From Octopus sinensis (taxonomy: Eukaryota), in contig NC_042998.1 of assembly GCF_006345805.1 (NCBI RefSeq), positions 50,344,001 to 50,408,000 of the forward strand: a stretch of DNA of 64,000 bases, in the 5' to 3' direction. The stretch's first letter is position 1. Every line of letters starts with the position of its first letter. Positions 36,965 to 51,164 of this stretch are shown one piece after another. Under the pieces are notes generated by a model. That model ran no database searches and had not been told where the DNA came from. It saw only the letters and a list, made by a program, of their open reading frames with translations. The position numbers and the translations under genes are program-made.

Positions 36965-37429
36965 ATCACGAAACGTATCATCTCAGAGAAAATTAGAAAA
37001 AGGTGAGTGTCGATATACCTGGCCATGTATGAAAAAAATGAGCACCAACTGTGTGCATGCATACACAGACAAATTAGAAGAGCATAATAAGAATAGGTTG
37101 CAGTTGGTGTCATATATATGATACTGATTTGTAACCGAGGCACAAGGCTACAATGTTTTTTTTTTTTTTGTAGAAGGGTGAAAAGATTACAAAAGATTAT
37201 ATCGATTGCTGTACTTGACTGGTACTTTATTTTATCGACCCCGAACAAATTAAATAGCGCCAAGATTTGAAACGGTGAGTGGGTCAGCAGTAATAAGCTA
37301 TCACACGTCTTACTACCTCAGGAATTCATCGTGCGTCTGAAGTATTTGATAAGATCTGTATGATCTCCATCCATTTCTCTCTCTCTCCCTATATCTCTTT
37401 CGACCTTTCTATCATCACTGTGTGCGTGT

Positions 37430-38042
37430 ATGAATATATATGCATCAATGTATTTTACATATATGTGTGTCTGAGACAGAGTGTGTGTATGTATGCATGT
37501 ATGTATGTATGCGTGTATGTATGCATGTGCGTGTATACATACACATATGCATTTACGCATGCATCTATGTGTGTATTAGTCACGCACCATGTATTTATAT
37601 ATATGTACGAATGTATATATGTATGTATGTACGTTCCATATTGAATGGTGATAAGAACTGTTCGCGATTGACGGCAATCGTGCAATCGCATATTATGCAT
37701 CATATATAATTCACCCCTTTTTAGCACAAGAGTAGTTTAGAAGGCGAGAAGCTGGCCTCGCACGATTTCCTGGTCACATCCAATTAGTTTCCTACTGCTT
37801 GAGTGTGATTTCTACTAAAATACAAATAGTATCTGTACAAATTTTCAAATGTTGAAAACAAATTGGGGTTTTGCCAAATATACTGATACATACATACATA
37901 CATATATACATACCTACATACATAAATATGTATGTATGTATGAAGGTATGTATCAATAAATGTTTATATTTATATACTTTCTGTAATTGTGTATCTTATA
38001 CGTATGTACGTACGTATGTATGTATGTATGTATGTACGTACG

Positions 38043-38097
<55 letters not shown>

Positions 38098-38280
38098 GTG
38101 TGTGTATTTGCATATATATATAGGTGTGTGTATGACATGCGTAGAATTGTGTATGCATATGCACACTGTATGCATGTGTATGTGTGATACACACACACGT
38201 TTCTATGTGGTATGTGAGTGTATGAATGTATGTACGCAAGTTTGTGTGCATATATATATATATATATATGTACTTGTGTA
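37430..38280. repeat. Dispersed TA/TG/TATG microsatellite field
   Basis: Visible directly. Confidence 0.85.
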
Positions 38281-38839
38281 CATTGAGGGTGCGGACGATG
38301 GCGCAGGGATTTTTCTGTGCTCATAAAATGTTACTATGATTTTTTTTTCTGTTTGTTTGGTTGTTTGGAGTTAGGTGTTCTTCTACTTATGCATATACAT
38401 TATTACTTGAACTAGTTCTTATATCACGCCTACACACACATAAACACATATATACACGCATGCACACGGAGATAGACAATCGCTCAAACATGGAGGTACA
38501 TATATACAAATAAAAACATCGCGTTTATTTCTTTCTCATTTCATTCTGTCTTACAATTTCTATAGATATTTTGTTTCTTTTTTTTCTCTGCCTACAATAT
38601 CATTGAGAGACATTATCAAAATTGTAATTAACTAATTCTTTCTATTCGTCTTTACAGTTAAATATATTTCTCGGTAGATATAAATATAATTTGCCTTTTA
38701 AACACGTAGACATTGGAATTTATTAACTGGAAGAAAAATATTCAAATCATGAAATGCTTATTTACATATTAAAAGTACATATTTTTTGTTTTCATTTTTC
38801 TCTTAAAATAATAACATCAACAACAATTATGATAATAAT

Positions 38840-39236
38840 CCTTCCTACAAAAGGCACAAGGCCTGAAATTTAGAGGGAGGTGACAAGTCGATTACATCGA
38901 CCCCAGTGTTTTACTGGTATCTAATTTATTGAGTCTGAAAGAATGAAAGGCAAAGTCGACCTCAGCTAATTTTGAACTCAGGATGTAAAGACGGACGAAA
39001 TACCTGTTTCTTTACTACCCACAAGGGGCAAAACACAGAGAGGATAAACAAGGGCAGACAAACGGATTAAGTCGATTACATCGACCCCAGTGCGTAACTG
39101 GTACTTATTTAATCGACCCCGAAAGGATGAAAGGCAAAGTCGACCTCGGCGGAATTTGAACTCAGAACGTGACGGCAGACGAAATACGGCTAAGCATTTT
39201 GCCCTACGCGCTAACGATTCTGCCAGCTCGCTGCCT
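38840..39236 (-). mobile_element. Young family-A unit joined into an old family-A copy
   Basis: Young tail gtaaagaaacag abuts old-type gtatttcgtccgtctttac at 39003/39004. Confidence 0.85.
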
Positions 39237-39259
39237 AATCACAACAATAATACTAACAA

Positions 39260-39492
39260 TAATCCTTTCTTCTATAGGTACAAGACCTGAAATTTGGAGG
39301 AGGGGGAAGTCGATTACATCGACCCCAGTACACATCTGGTACTTATTTCATCGACCCGAAATGATGAAAGGCAAAATCGACCTCGGCGAAATTTGAACTC
39401 AGAATGTGAAAACAGACGAAATATCGCCAAGCATTTCGCCCGGCACACTTATGATTCCACCAGCTCACCACCTGAACAACAACAACAAAAAC

Positions 39493-39528
<36 letters not shown>

Positions 39529-39625
39529 CCTTTTCTACTAAAGGCACAAGGCTTGAAATTTGTGGGGAGGGGAGTAGTCGATTACATCGTCCCCAGTGTT
39601 TCACCGGTATTTAATTTCTCGAGCC
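39260..39625 (-). mobile_element. Old family-A SINE (39260-39470) and 3' fragment (39525-39625) with (TAA)n tails
   Basis: Tail ...ccttgtgcc....gtagaaagg(att)n in element orientation. Confidence 0.75.
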
Positions 39626-40229
39626 CGAGAGGCTTCTACGTGGAACACCCATGTATGCGCGTGATCGTGATCGTGTGGGCAAATGCTATGTCGACAACGA
39701 GTCATTTGTCTCCCTTATTTCAAGAATTTATCCCGTTTCGAATTTAATATATCTTTATTTGTCTTTGTTGTCTTAATTCATTCCACTGGCTCCCTACTTC
39801 TATTGGTTCGTTTTTTTGTTCTATGTATACATATGTGTATATGCGTAAATAGATAAATAAAAGAAAATTGAATTAATGATTTTCTTCATTTAAAATCGCT
39901 ACAATTGTTTCAACACACTCTTTTATCTGTAATGCATTGGTGATACGTACAATCGTTATCTTATATCAAAGGTGTAGAATACGCCTCCTCAGGTAATCAT
40001 TTGAATAAATTCTTTATTAGATCCTCGCTCTATTTCACTCACTTTGATAATGTATACCCAGAATGATGTGTGATTCCCAACAGCTTTCAGATAAAACTAT
40101 AACCATAGATATAGTGACAGACAAAATATAATTACAATTATATACAAAGTATATAAATGAAGAAAAAGAGCCATAGGTAATATAAGAGTCGGGTTGACTA
40201 TAAGCTTGTATTGTATCTAAAATAGGTTA

Positions 40230-40532
40230 AATACCATGAGATTGCATCAAAAATGTTACCCTCCGAGGCACAAGTCCGGGCAAGGTTGTTTATGGAAGAC
40301 AAGTAGTCATCCATGTATATCAGCTTCCCCTCTCCACCTCACCGATGATATCCAAGGTAAAGGCAAAGCCGATACAGCTTGGCACCAGTAACGTCGCAAT
40401 CATTTTCTACAGATGAGTAAACTGGAGCAACGTCAAATAAAGTGTCATGCTCAAGAAAATAACACACAACCCGGTCCGGGAATTGAACTAACTACCTCAT
40501 GATTGTAAGCCTGACGCTCTAACCACTGAGCC
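40230..40532 (-). mobile_element. SINE E
   Basis: ggctcagtggttagagcg A-box; collinear with 54973-55266. Confidence 0.8.
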
Positions 40533-41070
40533 GGTCATATTATGATAAATAAAATATTAGAATGACGGAAGAAGAAAATGAAGAGTAAATAAAATTTTAA
40601 GAGATAATGAAGTAATAAGTGACTTAAGACTGACCATTTCAGTACGTATCGACTATTTCCTTGTTTCTTTTAAGGATTCAAATTGCTTTCCTTATTCTAC
40701 GACAAAATAACTGCCCTATCTTAGAACTAGAATGAGTCACTAATTAAATTCAATTTATTACCATCTAAGTTTTTTTATGCTTCTCTGACTCTGAAGTGAT
40801 AAGAAAAAGATAAGCTAGTAGGTATCCTCATCCGCTCCACATATACTTGCCACATACACCACGTACAAGATAGCGTTCATTGTTATGAAGCTGGTTCTGT
40901 ATTCAGTCCTTGTGCGTGAGACCTAAGGCAAACATCTACTATAGTGTCGGGTCGACTGGCGCTCCAGCATGGCCGCAGTCAAATAAATGACTGAAACGAA
41001 TAAAAGAATAATAGAATAAAACAATGCATACAGACACACACACACGCATATAAATACACATAAAAATAAG

Positions 41071-41496
41071 TAATATGGGTGGCTAATTCGCAATTTTGCA
41101 AACTAAAGGCAGAAATATATACACCACTAAAGTGACAAACGGCACTAATCAGCTCCAGTATTGCTAGAAATAAGAGTCAAAATAACTCAATAGCCACAGA
41201 AAGCACTATCTTATTGACTGGCTGACAAGGGATTCAAGCTCTCTACCGCTATAGATATAGCCATATCATCGATGATTTCCGTTGAAATCACACGCTGATT
41301 TCATGAACGGTAAAAGTGAAGATTATAAATAATATGGGTGGCTAATTCACAATTTTACAAACTAAAAGAAGAAATATATACGTCACGTGATCGACTAAGG
41401 AAATTAATCAGCAGCAGTATTGCTAGAAATGAAAGTCAAAACAAGCTTGCCTCGCTTGTCAGCCATTAAAATAGTGCTTTCTGTGGCTGTTGAGTT
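41071..41496. repeat. Direct repeat (41071-41185 / 41329-41443) with adjoining inverted segment
   Basis: ataactcaatagccacagaaagcactat...ggctgacaag (41182-41230) is reverse-complemented at ~41445-41496. Confidence 0.8.
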
Positions 41497-41819
41497 ATGA
41501 GGATTAATAAAATCCGAAATCATTGATCGGTGATCATATTTTCTTAAACATTCTGTAAAATATACTCCTGTGCCTTTTCCAGCTGTGATGTTGTTGGTAA
41601 AACGTGTTATTTGTCTATCTCCTTATCCTCTTGAAGATTTGGGGTAAAATTATACTAATGTGTCCTTCAAATTTAATTAAATTGTATGTCTTTGTGCAGC
41701 TGAAGATTGCTCTACATTTTAAATTGATGTAATGAAATGATTGCATTGTTCAATTAAATGGAGTCGCATGAAACGATCGTACTGCATTATCTCTGGATAT
41801 CCTTGTTGCTTATTTTGAT

Positions 41820-41870
<51 letters not shown>

Positions 41871-43480
41871 CATACATACATACATACATACATACACACA
41901 CACAAATTCGACATGGGTGATTTTTTCTTTTCTTGAGATTCACGGTCAAACTGCTGGGTGGAAGTGCGCGAAAATCTATACATATATGTAGAATGATCAG
42001 GTGGTGATGCTGGGCTTTGTATTTTCTTCATAGCTTCCATGGTTACCGAGATAATCTAATATAATCATAATCTTGTGTTTATGAATGAGAAAGGAAGGGG
42101 TGATAGGTGAATAAGGAAGGAAGGGGGTTGTGTAATATTTTTTTTTAGGTAGTTCCTATTGTTACCAAGATAATCTATTCAAAATATACTCTTGTGTTTA
42201 TGAATGAGAAAGGAAGGAGTGATACATGAATAAGGAAGGATGGTGTGTTGTCATACTTGATAGTGTAATGATGAAGATTGTACGCCGAATAAAATAAATG
42301 AAACAGCGTTTAAAATCTGCCTGAATATATATGTGTGTGTATGTAAAAAGGGGGTATGTGAATGTGTGTATATTCATGTGTGTGTTTTTGGGTGTGTGAT
42401 TGTGTGTGCGTGTGTGAGCGCAATGGAAGTGGGATGGTTGGAGTATGTGAATGTGTGTGTGTGTGTGTATGCATGTGTTTTTGTGAGTGCGTGTGTTTGT
42501 GCGTGCGTGTGAGCGCGCAATTGAAGTGTGATGGTTGACATTCAACGCTGAAAAAAATAACCAAACAGCGTTTCAACTCTATATATTTGGCATGTTTCAT
42601 TTGAGTAAAATTTGTTCTCTATAAAGGTACGTGTCTGTTTTTTGTTGATATAAAATAATTTCTTTGGTATTTCTCGACCAAATTTTATTTAGCGTAATTA
42701 TTATTAAATTTATGGATTTCTAATCAATTTGGAGATATTTGCTATCGATTTGCAGATATTTTACAATGCATTTACAACTTACAATACAAAAATAAAATTA
42801 TTATTTCATTCAAATATTAATGAGCTTTGTTTTTAGTGATGACTTGAAATGGCAAATATTTTTTCTAACTGTATTTACTTGAAAAACATAGTTTTCTTTA
42901 TATTTAGTAATTCTTTATACTTACTTTTACGATGTGCCTAAATAAAAACCATCGTTATAGGTTAGCGTTTATCAACCGTTTCCGCGATTCGGCTCCCCTT
43001 GGACATTGAAAAAATTATTTCTGCTAACCTGTGTTGATGAAAAATTTAATTCAGCTCCCCATGTATTTGAGATAGACCAGCCGGCCCATGAAAAATCTGA
43101 CAAGGGGTGGGGTGGGGGGAATCAGGAAATTTTCATACAGCTGGAGGCTCCAATCGAAACACGGGACTGGAATTGATAAGGTTGAGAAACGCTGTTATGG
43201 ATTATGCCTAACCGAAAACGATCACACCCACATCCTCCAAACAGACCGGGTGAAACTGGGCTTAGCTGCTAGTATATATATGCTTATATGGGCACAGGAC
43301 ATCACGAAATATGTACAACAAAAAATACGAAGTACGAGTGCGCATCAGAATTAAATTAAGATAAAATTTACTTGGAAGAGGGTGCGTGGCGTTCAATCAT
43401 ATAATAATATACATAATATATATATGTAGATATATATATATGCGTATAGCTGTAAGCATGTGCATATACGTATGTATATA

Positions 43481-43529
<49 letters not shown>

Positions 43530-44239
43530 ATTTATATTATTATATGATTGAACGCAACGCATCCTCTTCCAAGTAAGTTTTATCTTAATTCTGATGCGCA
43601 CTCTACTATGTTTTACTCTTTCGTTTTTCTCTCTCCTATTCTTTTACCCTCCTCTTATCTCATTATTCTATCTTATTACTTTTTCGTTTTTTCTCTCTTA
43701 TTCTTCTACCTCCCTTCTCCCCCTCCTGTTTTTGTCCTATCCTATGTCCAATTCTTTCCTTTCCCCTTCACAGATCGCTTTCTGTCACTCTCCCTCCCTA
43801 ACCCATCCTCCCTTGCTCATGTGGCTCCCACCTGACCATCGGCCATCTTTCTTCTCACTTGTGTTTCTTTCTTTCTCTCTGTTGTAGCTGGATCAAGGAA
43901 GACGTGTTCTTGTCTGTCTCCTGTTCAAGCTTGATTTACGCAATTCCACTACAACCTCGTTTAGGCTTGCAGCCCTTCCTGCTTGTTTTCACTGACCTGT
44001 TTTGTTACCAATTTTGACCCTCCACAAAATCAAAAATTTTATTTAATTTGCTTTACTGGCGCAACTGTTTTATCGAAAGCGTATCTTGTTACATACTCTA
44101 AATATGAAAGTAGAAAAACAGCCAACAACTGACAATGGGTCGTGCTTTGTGTTGTTTGTCATATTCCATCTACTCGTTCTTCGTATTTTTTGTTGTACAC
44201 GTTTTGTGATGTCCTGTGCCCACATATGCATATATATAA

Positions 44240-44322
44240 TATAATATATATATATATATACGTATAAATTGTGTATGTACATATACGTATGTATATATGC
44301 ACATATATATTATTTATATTAT

Positions 44323-44353
<31 letters not shown>

Positions 44354-44357
44354 ATAC

Positions 44358-44426
<69 letters not shown>

Positions 44427-44747
44427 AAATGTTCGGGGGAAAAATTCCTCATGGACAATTATAGTAACAAAAAATTAAGAAAAGGAAAATGCACAGAAAT
44501 TTTATGTTCGAAAAATATATATTTATGAAATAAAATATTTATATAGTCGACCGGTTTCGCTTATGCTAATTAAAACTAAGTAGTAGTTAGTGATAATGTT
44601 ACAAGGTACGAAGTTAATGGATATTTGTACATTTTATTCTAGTTAACTGGAATAAAACGTATAAATATCTATTATCTTTGTGCCATTTCTCTCTCTCATA
44701 TACATATATACACAAACATAGATTTCTGTGTGTATTTGTATGGATAT

Positions 44748-44778
<31 letters not shown>

Positions 44779-44866
44779 ATATATATATATATATGTGTGT
44801 GTGTGTATGTATGTATATATATACATATTCATATATAAAGTATACATATATATAAAGATTTAATTA

Positions 44867-44904
<38 letters not shown>

Positions 44905-45696
44905 CATATATATAAGTATTCATCCAAGGAGACATACATACATACATACATACATACATACATACATACATACATGCATGCATACATACATACATACATG
45001 CATACATACATACATAGATGCATACATGCATACATACAGAACACAGTTGTCGGGAATTGGAAACATTCTAATAAAGCACAATCTAATGTATGTTAAATAA
45101 AAATATTATGATTTCAAACACGACAGAAATAGCTGAAACACAAATATATGTAATTTTCTTGTTTTAAATCGTTTATCAAAAAAATGTATTAACGAAATAT
45201 CACACACACACACACAACGCTTACACGTAAATGTACATACAGATATATCTACATGTGTATATAATATATTTACATATATGTATATATAAGTGTGTGCGCG
45301 CGCGTGTGTGTGTATGTGCACGCATACGTATAGATTTATATATGTGGGTGTGTATGTAACTATGCGAGTATATATTGCTTCAAATGAACCAAAACATATA
45401 TTCATAAAGATTATATAAAATATTTAATGTGTGCGTGTGTATTTATATATACATATTTAATATAATATATATACATACACACACACATATATATATATAT
45501 ATGCACGTATATATTTACAATATATATATATATATATATACACATGTATATTATATACATATATATATATATCTACTATATACATATATAGTATATACAT
45601 ATATATGTATTCAATATATATACGTATGATATACATATATATTATACACACACACACATATACGCGCACATATGTATGTATACATCCATAAGTTAT

Positions 45697-45737
<41 letters not shown>

Positions 45738-47668
45738 TATATATATATTTATATATTTATATACATATATGTATATACGTATATATATGCACACATATAT
45801 GTGTTTATGCGTGTGCGTATGTGTAGTATGCGTAGATTGTGTCCATATAAATATATGAAACGTCAAACCGTCAGTTAAATGGAGTTGAAGCACGATAGAT
45901 TTATGAGTATTTTATTAAATATTTTGCATATTTTATTAAATAAATACACATTTTGTTCTTTTGATCTTATAGTAAAATCTGAATTTTTGGTTTTCAAGTG
46001 GGACAAGAAATGTGAAATTAAATTTACAGTTTAAGAAATATATGCCATAAAATTACCTCCACTTTAAAGAAAAAGCAAAATATTTTGCTGTTACTTCACT
46101 TCAGATAGACAGTCGCACGCACAGAGACACACAGTGGTTCACGTATTTTTACATACGTGTATATGATTATGTGTGTGTGTATATGTATATATATACACAC
46201 ACACACACCATATATATATATATATATATACACATATATACATATACACATATATACATATACACATATATATATACACATATATACATATACACATATA
46301 TATATACACATATATACATATACACATATATATATACACATATATACATATATATACATATAAACATATACATATATATACATATAAACATATATATATA
46401 CATACATATATATATACATATATATATACATATACATATATATACATATACATATATATACATATAAACATATATATATACATACATATATATATACATA
46501 CATATATATATATATACATACATATATATATACATATACATATATATACATAACATATATATACATATATATACATATACATATATATACAACATATATA
46601 TACATATACATACATATACATATATATACATATATATATAACTATACATATATATATATACATATACATATACATATACATATTACATATATATATATAC
46701 ATACACATATACATATATATACATATATAATATATATATACATACATATACATATATATATACACTATACATATATATATACATACATATACATATATAT
46801 ATACATACATATACATATATATACAACATATACATATACATATATACATACATATACATATATATATACACATATACATATATATATACACATATACATA
46901 TATATACACATATACATATATATATACACATATATATATATACACATATACATATATATATACACATATACATATATATATACACATATACATATATATA
47001 TACACATATACATACACATATACATATATATATACACATATACATATATATATACACATATACATATATATATATATATACACATATACATATATATATA
47101 CACATATACATATATATATATACACATATACATATATATATATACATATACATATATATATATACATATATATACATACATATATATATACATATATATA
47201 TACATACATATATATATACATATATATATACATACATATATATATACATATATATATACATATACATATACGTATATATATACATATAAATATATATATA
47301 CATATAAATATATATATACATATAAATATATATATACATATACATATATACATATAAATATATATATACATATACATATATATATACATATAAATATATA
47401 TATACATATAAATATATATATACATATACATATATATATATACATATATATATATACACATATAAATATATATATACATATACATATATAATATATACAT
47501 ATACATATAATATATATATACATATACATATATATAATACATATACATATACATATATATATACATATACATATACATATATATATACATATATATACAT
47601 ATACATATATATACATATATATACATATACATATATATACATATATATACATATACATATATATATAA

Positions 47669-47700
<32 letters not shown>

Positions 47701-47960
47701 ATAGGCTGGCATACATAGATATATATACATGCATACATGTACATAATATATATACATATCTGGTGTATTTGACGTACTCCAGCATATATGCATACAAATA
47801 TATACACACACACACACACGCATATATATATATATGTATTTTTGTATATACATATGCATATATACATACACACATACATACAAATATGCATTCATATATA
47901 TATATGTAACCTTAGATGTGCGTATAAATATACATATATTATATGCGCACACATACATGT
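44240..47960. repeat. 3.7-kb low-complexity field including a ~1.55-kb (TA/CA) higher-order satellite at 46150-47700
   Basis: Visible directly; local ~20-bp periodicity tacacatatacatatatata. All long ORFs here are Y/I/M/C/V artefacts. Confidence 0.95.
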
Positions 47961-48787
47961 GTACATATACATTTATCGCAAAGCACAAAGATGAAACAAT
48001 TTTTAATGAAAATTGTAATATTGGTAAAGTAAAGCTGGACATATTAATATATGCAGGAGACACTCTTTATACTGAGTGAGATATCTAAATAACTCCCACG
48101 TTTCTGCGCAGTAAGTTGTTCTTATGCATATGTACGATCTTGACCAGATCTCTGGACGTTTTTAGGCATGTAAGATAAAGCATAAGTGTTTCTAAATATA
48201 TACATCTATGCGCGTTTGTGTACGCGTATAGATAAACACAGTAAGCGTTTATGTAATGAATGGTGTAAAATATATTAAGGAATAGAATTCTTTCCTTATA
48301 TTTGGAGAAAATTTTTTTTTTTAATTATCATGCAGCAAGAAAACTCCATACGGCTACTGATTCACTGACGAAGGGAGATAATTTAAAAAAATAAGAATTA
48401 ATTCATGCAAATATACTTTTTAAATTGACAGAATAACGTGAATTTTATCGGAGGGGATACTGATAGTAACACTAATGTTTCGGTTTGACTGCATCACCTC
48501 AGTGCTTTATAGCCAATATGAAATCACTTTATCAGCAAATACAATATTTTTAGAAGTATTACTAAGAATCTTGCTACTAGTAATTTGAATATGAATCAAA
48601 ATTGAGCTAATATATACGTTGACTAAATGCTATACATATACGATATACATATCCAGACATATATATGTATAATTATATGCATTGATAAATGCATGTTTGT
48701 ATGTGTGCCTGTATATGAATGTAGACATACCTACTTGCCTACCTACTTAACTATCTACACACACACACACACACACACACGTGCACC

Positions 48788-49037
48788 ATGTGCCATATGT
48801 CAAATGACGAAATGATCGCAGAGCAACGTCAAATGAACTGCTTTGCTCAAGAACACAACGTAACGCCCGTGTCTGTGTGTGTGAGAGAATGTGCAAGGTT
48901 TAGTGGTTTGGGTGTTGCACTCACGATTGCGAGTTCGTGGGTTCGATACCCAGACCGGGCGTTACGTTGTGTTCTTGAGCAAAGCAGTTCATTTGACGTT
49001 GCTCTGCGATCATTTCGTCATTTGACATATGGCACAT
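48788..49037. repeat. Perfect 82-bp inverted repeat (48788-48869 / 48956-49037)
   Basis: Left arm is an exact reverse complement of part of the adjacent SINE. Confidence 0.92.
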
Positions 49038-49190
49038 TACCTGTACAGGTAATGTCGATTTGATGGAGGGAGTGAGCTTATGCATACACAACTATTTGAT
49101 CACTCTAATCAAATCCTCTGTGTGGTTGTTCGGCAAGAAATTGCCGAACCCTCATACGTCGTCTAACGACGGGAGAGTCCATGGTATATA
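48890..49190 (+). mobile_element. tRNA-derived SINE G (diverged)
   Basis: ggtttagtgg A-box-like and gggttcgataccc B-box; ttgtgttcttgagcaa core shared with D/E; tail ccctcatacgtcgtctaacgacggg resembles tail type 1. Confidence 0.7.
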
Positions 49191-49206
49191 CATACACATA
49201 TATATG

Positions 49207-49242
<36 letters not shown>

Positions 49243-49334
49243 CACGTACATATATACACATGCACATACATCATATGTGTGTTTATGGGTGTGCCTGCGT
49301 GTATCTTTGTGTCTGCATTTATCAAACCAACCAC

Positions 49335-49643
<309 letters not shown>

Positions 49644-49994
49644 AATAATGGCGTTTTATGCCCGTTACGGTTAAGTTTGCTTTATAGTCACCATTTACCG
49701 AGTTCAATCTCATTGAGTAGTACTTTGAGCAATGTCTTATTTTATCCTCGGGCTGAACCAAGCTTTATCACTGAAATCAGATAGTTGGAAGCTCATCAGA
49801 TGGATTGCATCAGTAATTCTAAATCAAGCTTTGCTACCATCTCTGAGACGCTGATTCTTTGTGAGAATTATATTAAGTGTATAGGTGCATACTGGTTTCA
49901 AATTTTGGCACAAAGCCAGCAATTTTGGTAGAAGGATTAACCTCTTTGGTTTCAAATTTTGGCACAAGGCCAGCAGTTTTAGGAGAAGGATTAA

Positions 49995-50515
49995 CCCCTT
50001 GACAACAGTTGACGCAAATTTGTGATCACACCTTTGCTTGCCTACCCGCGGTTAACGTAAATATACGAAGTAGAGCAGCCTTACATCTATTACGAAGATT
50101 TTAGCGGCTGGCGTATGTTTACGTTCGCTATCGTGTACTTTATCACTCGTAGTGTGCACGCTCGCCGTCCCGTGCATTATCTTAGTAATTTAGGTCACGT
50201 TCAAGTCATGAGACTAGCAGTAGACCAATGACATGCGGATACTTTACATGCATAATACCGTGTTTTGAGTTGTAGTACATGCAAGCTATTTTCTGAACTC
50301 GAGCAGTATAACTCGTGCATATCATATTATGATAAATAGCTTCACAGAGTTCGTTTTCATAAACCGGTAGATGTAGATGTACGACGTTATGTTATTGTAA
50401 CGGAGAATGTAAATAGACGCGAGCTCGTTGGCACTTGTGTGTTTGTGTGGCTTATTGGATAAAAAAAAGCCAGAGCAGTGTCTCGCATGCTTCGGGTATT
50501 ACTGGCGTCAAGGGG
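49995..50515. mobile_element. piggyBac-like MITE inside an old family-A SINE
   Basis: TTAA at 49991-49994 and 50516-50519. Termini CCCCTTGACaaCAGT / ACTGgcGTCAAGGGG. A-SINE halves flank it (49947-49994 and 50516-50668). Confidence 0.85.
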
Positions 50516-50740
50516 TTAAGTGCTTAACTTGTACTTATTTTATCGAACTCCGAAAGGATGAGAAGCAATGTCGATGTCTATGGTATCTGAACTCAGAACA
50601 TAAAGATGAACGAAATGCCGCTAAATATTTTGCCCAAAATGCTAACGATTCTGTCAGCTCACCACCTTAGCCATTTATATATTATGAATGAATTTTTGAA
50701 CAGGTATTTTAGTTGATGGAACAATTAAACTCGTCTTGTC

Positions 50741-51164
50741 GGATCTTTTCGGCTTGAACGGCAGTTTTTTCTAGCGGTGTCATATGAAATTGTCACCCAT
50801 AATTATGACCCTAGTATCGATCTATTGCATTTCAATCTGTTTTAGGGTTATGGTTAGTTAGGGTTAGGGGTGGGGGAAGGGTATCTTTTTTTCTTCGCAA
50901 ATGTAAATAAACCCAATCTGTTTCTTAAACGAGGGACATATTCATACGGCACAGAATGTTTTTACCTCAATGGACGTCAGTGATTGGTTGAAATTACAAA
51001 AATTGAAGAAAAAAAAAAGAAATATCTTACAAACTATAGAATTTTCTCAAGAAAGCCAAGAGAAAAAGATGTTTTATAAACACATACTACCAGTATACGA
51101 AGTTTAAAATTTTTTAGTTACCTAGAAGTTATGTTAAAAACTGCCGTTCAAACCGAAAAGATCC
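50741..51164. mobile_element. MITE with 29-bp GG-initiated TIRs and 8-bp TSD (Merlin- or MULE-like)
   Basis: GGATCTTTTCGGcTTGAACGGCAGTTTTT / AAAAACTGCCGTTCAAaCCGAAAAGATCC (1 mismatch). TSD GTCTTGTC at 50733-50740 and 51165-51172. Confidence 0.9.

Noticed and set aside
42049-42250. Diverged ~95-bp direct repeat
   Set aside because: Purine-rich low-complexity local duplication with no other diagnostic feature.
44545-44570. GC-ataa-GC GAAACCGGTC half-hammerhead (minus strand)
   Set aside because: No CUGANGA core upstream.
46096-48063. Long ORFs of 400-580 aa
   Set aside because: Translations of TA/CA satellite (Y/I/M/C/V only); no domain content.
48468-48512. ctgaggtgatgc...cgaaacattagtgt hammerhead-like motif (minus strand)
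   Set aside because: Stem II does not pair convincingly.
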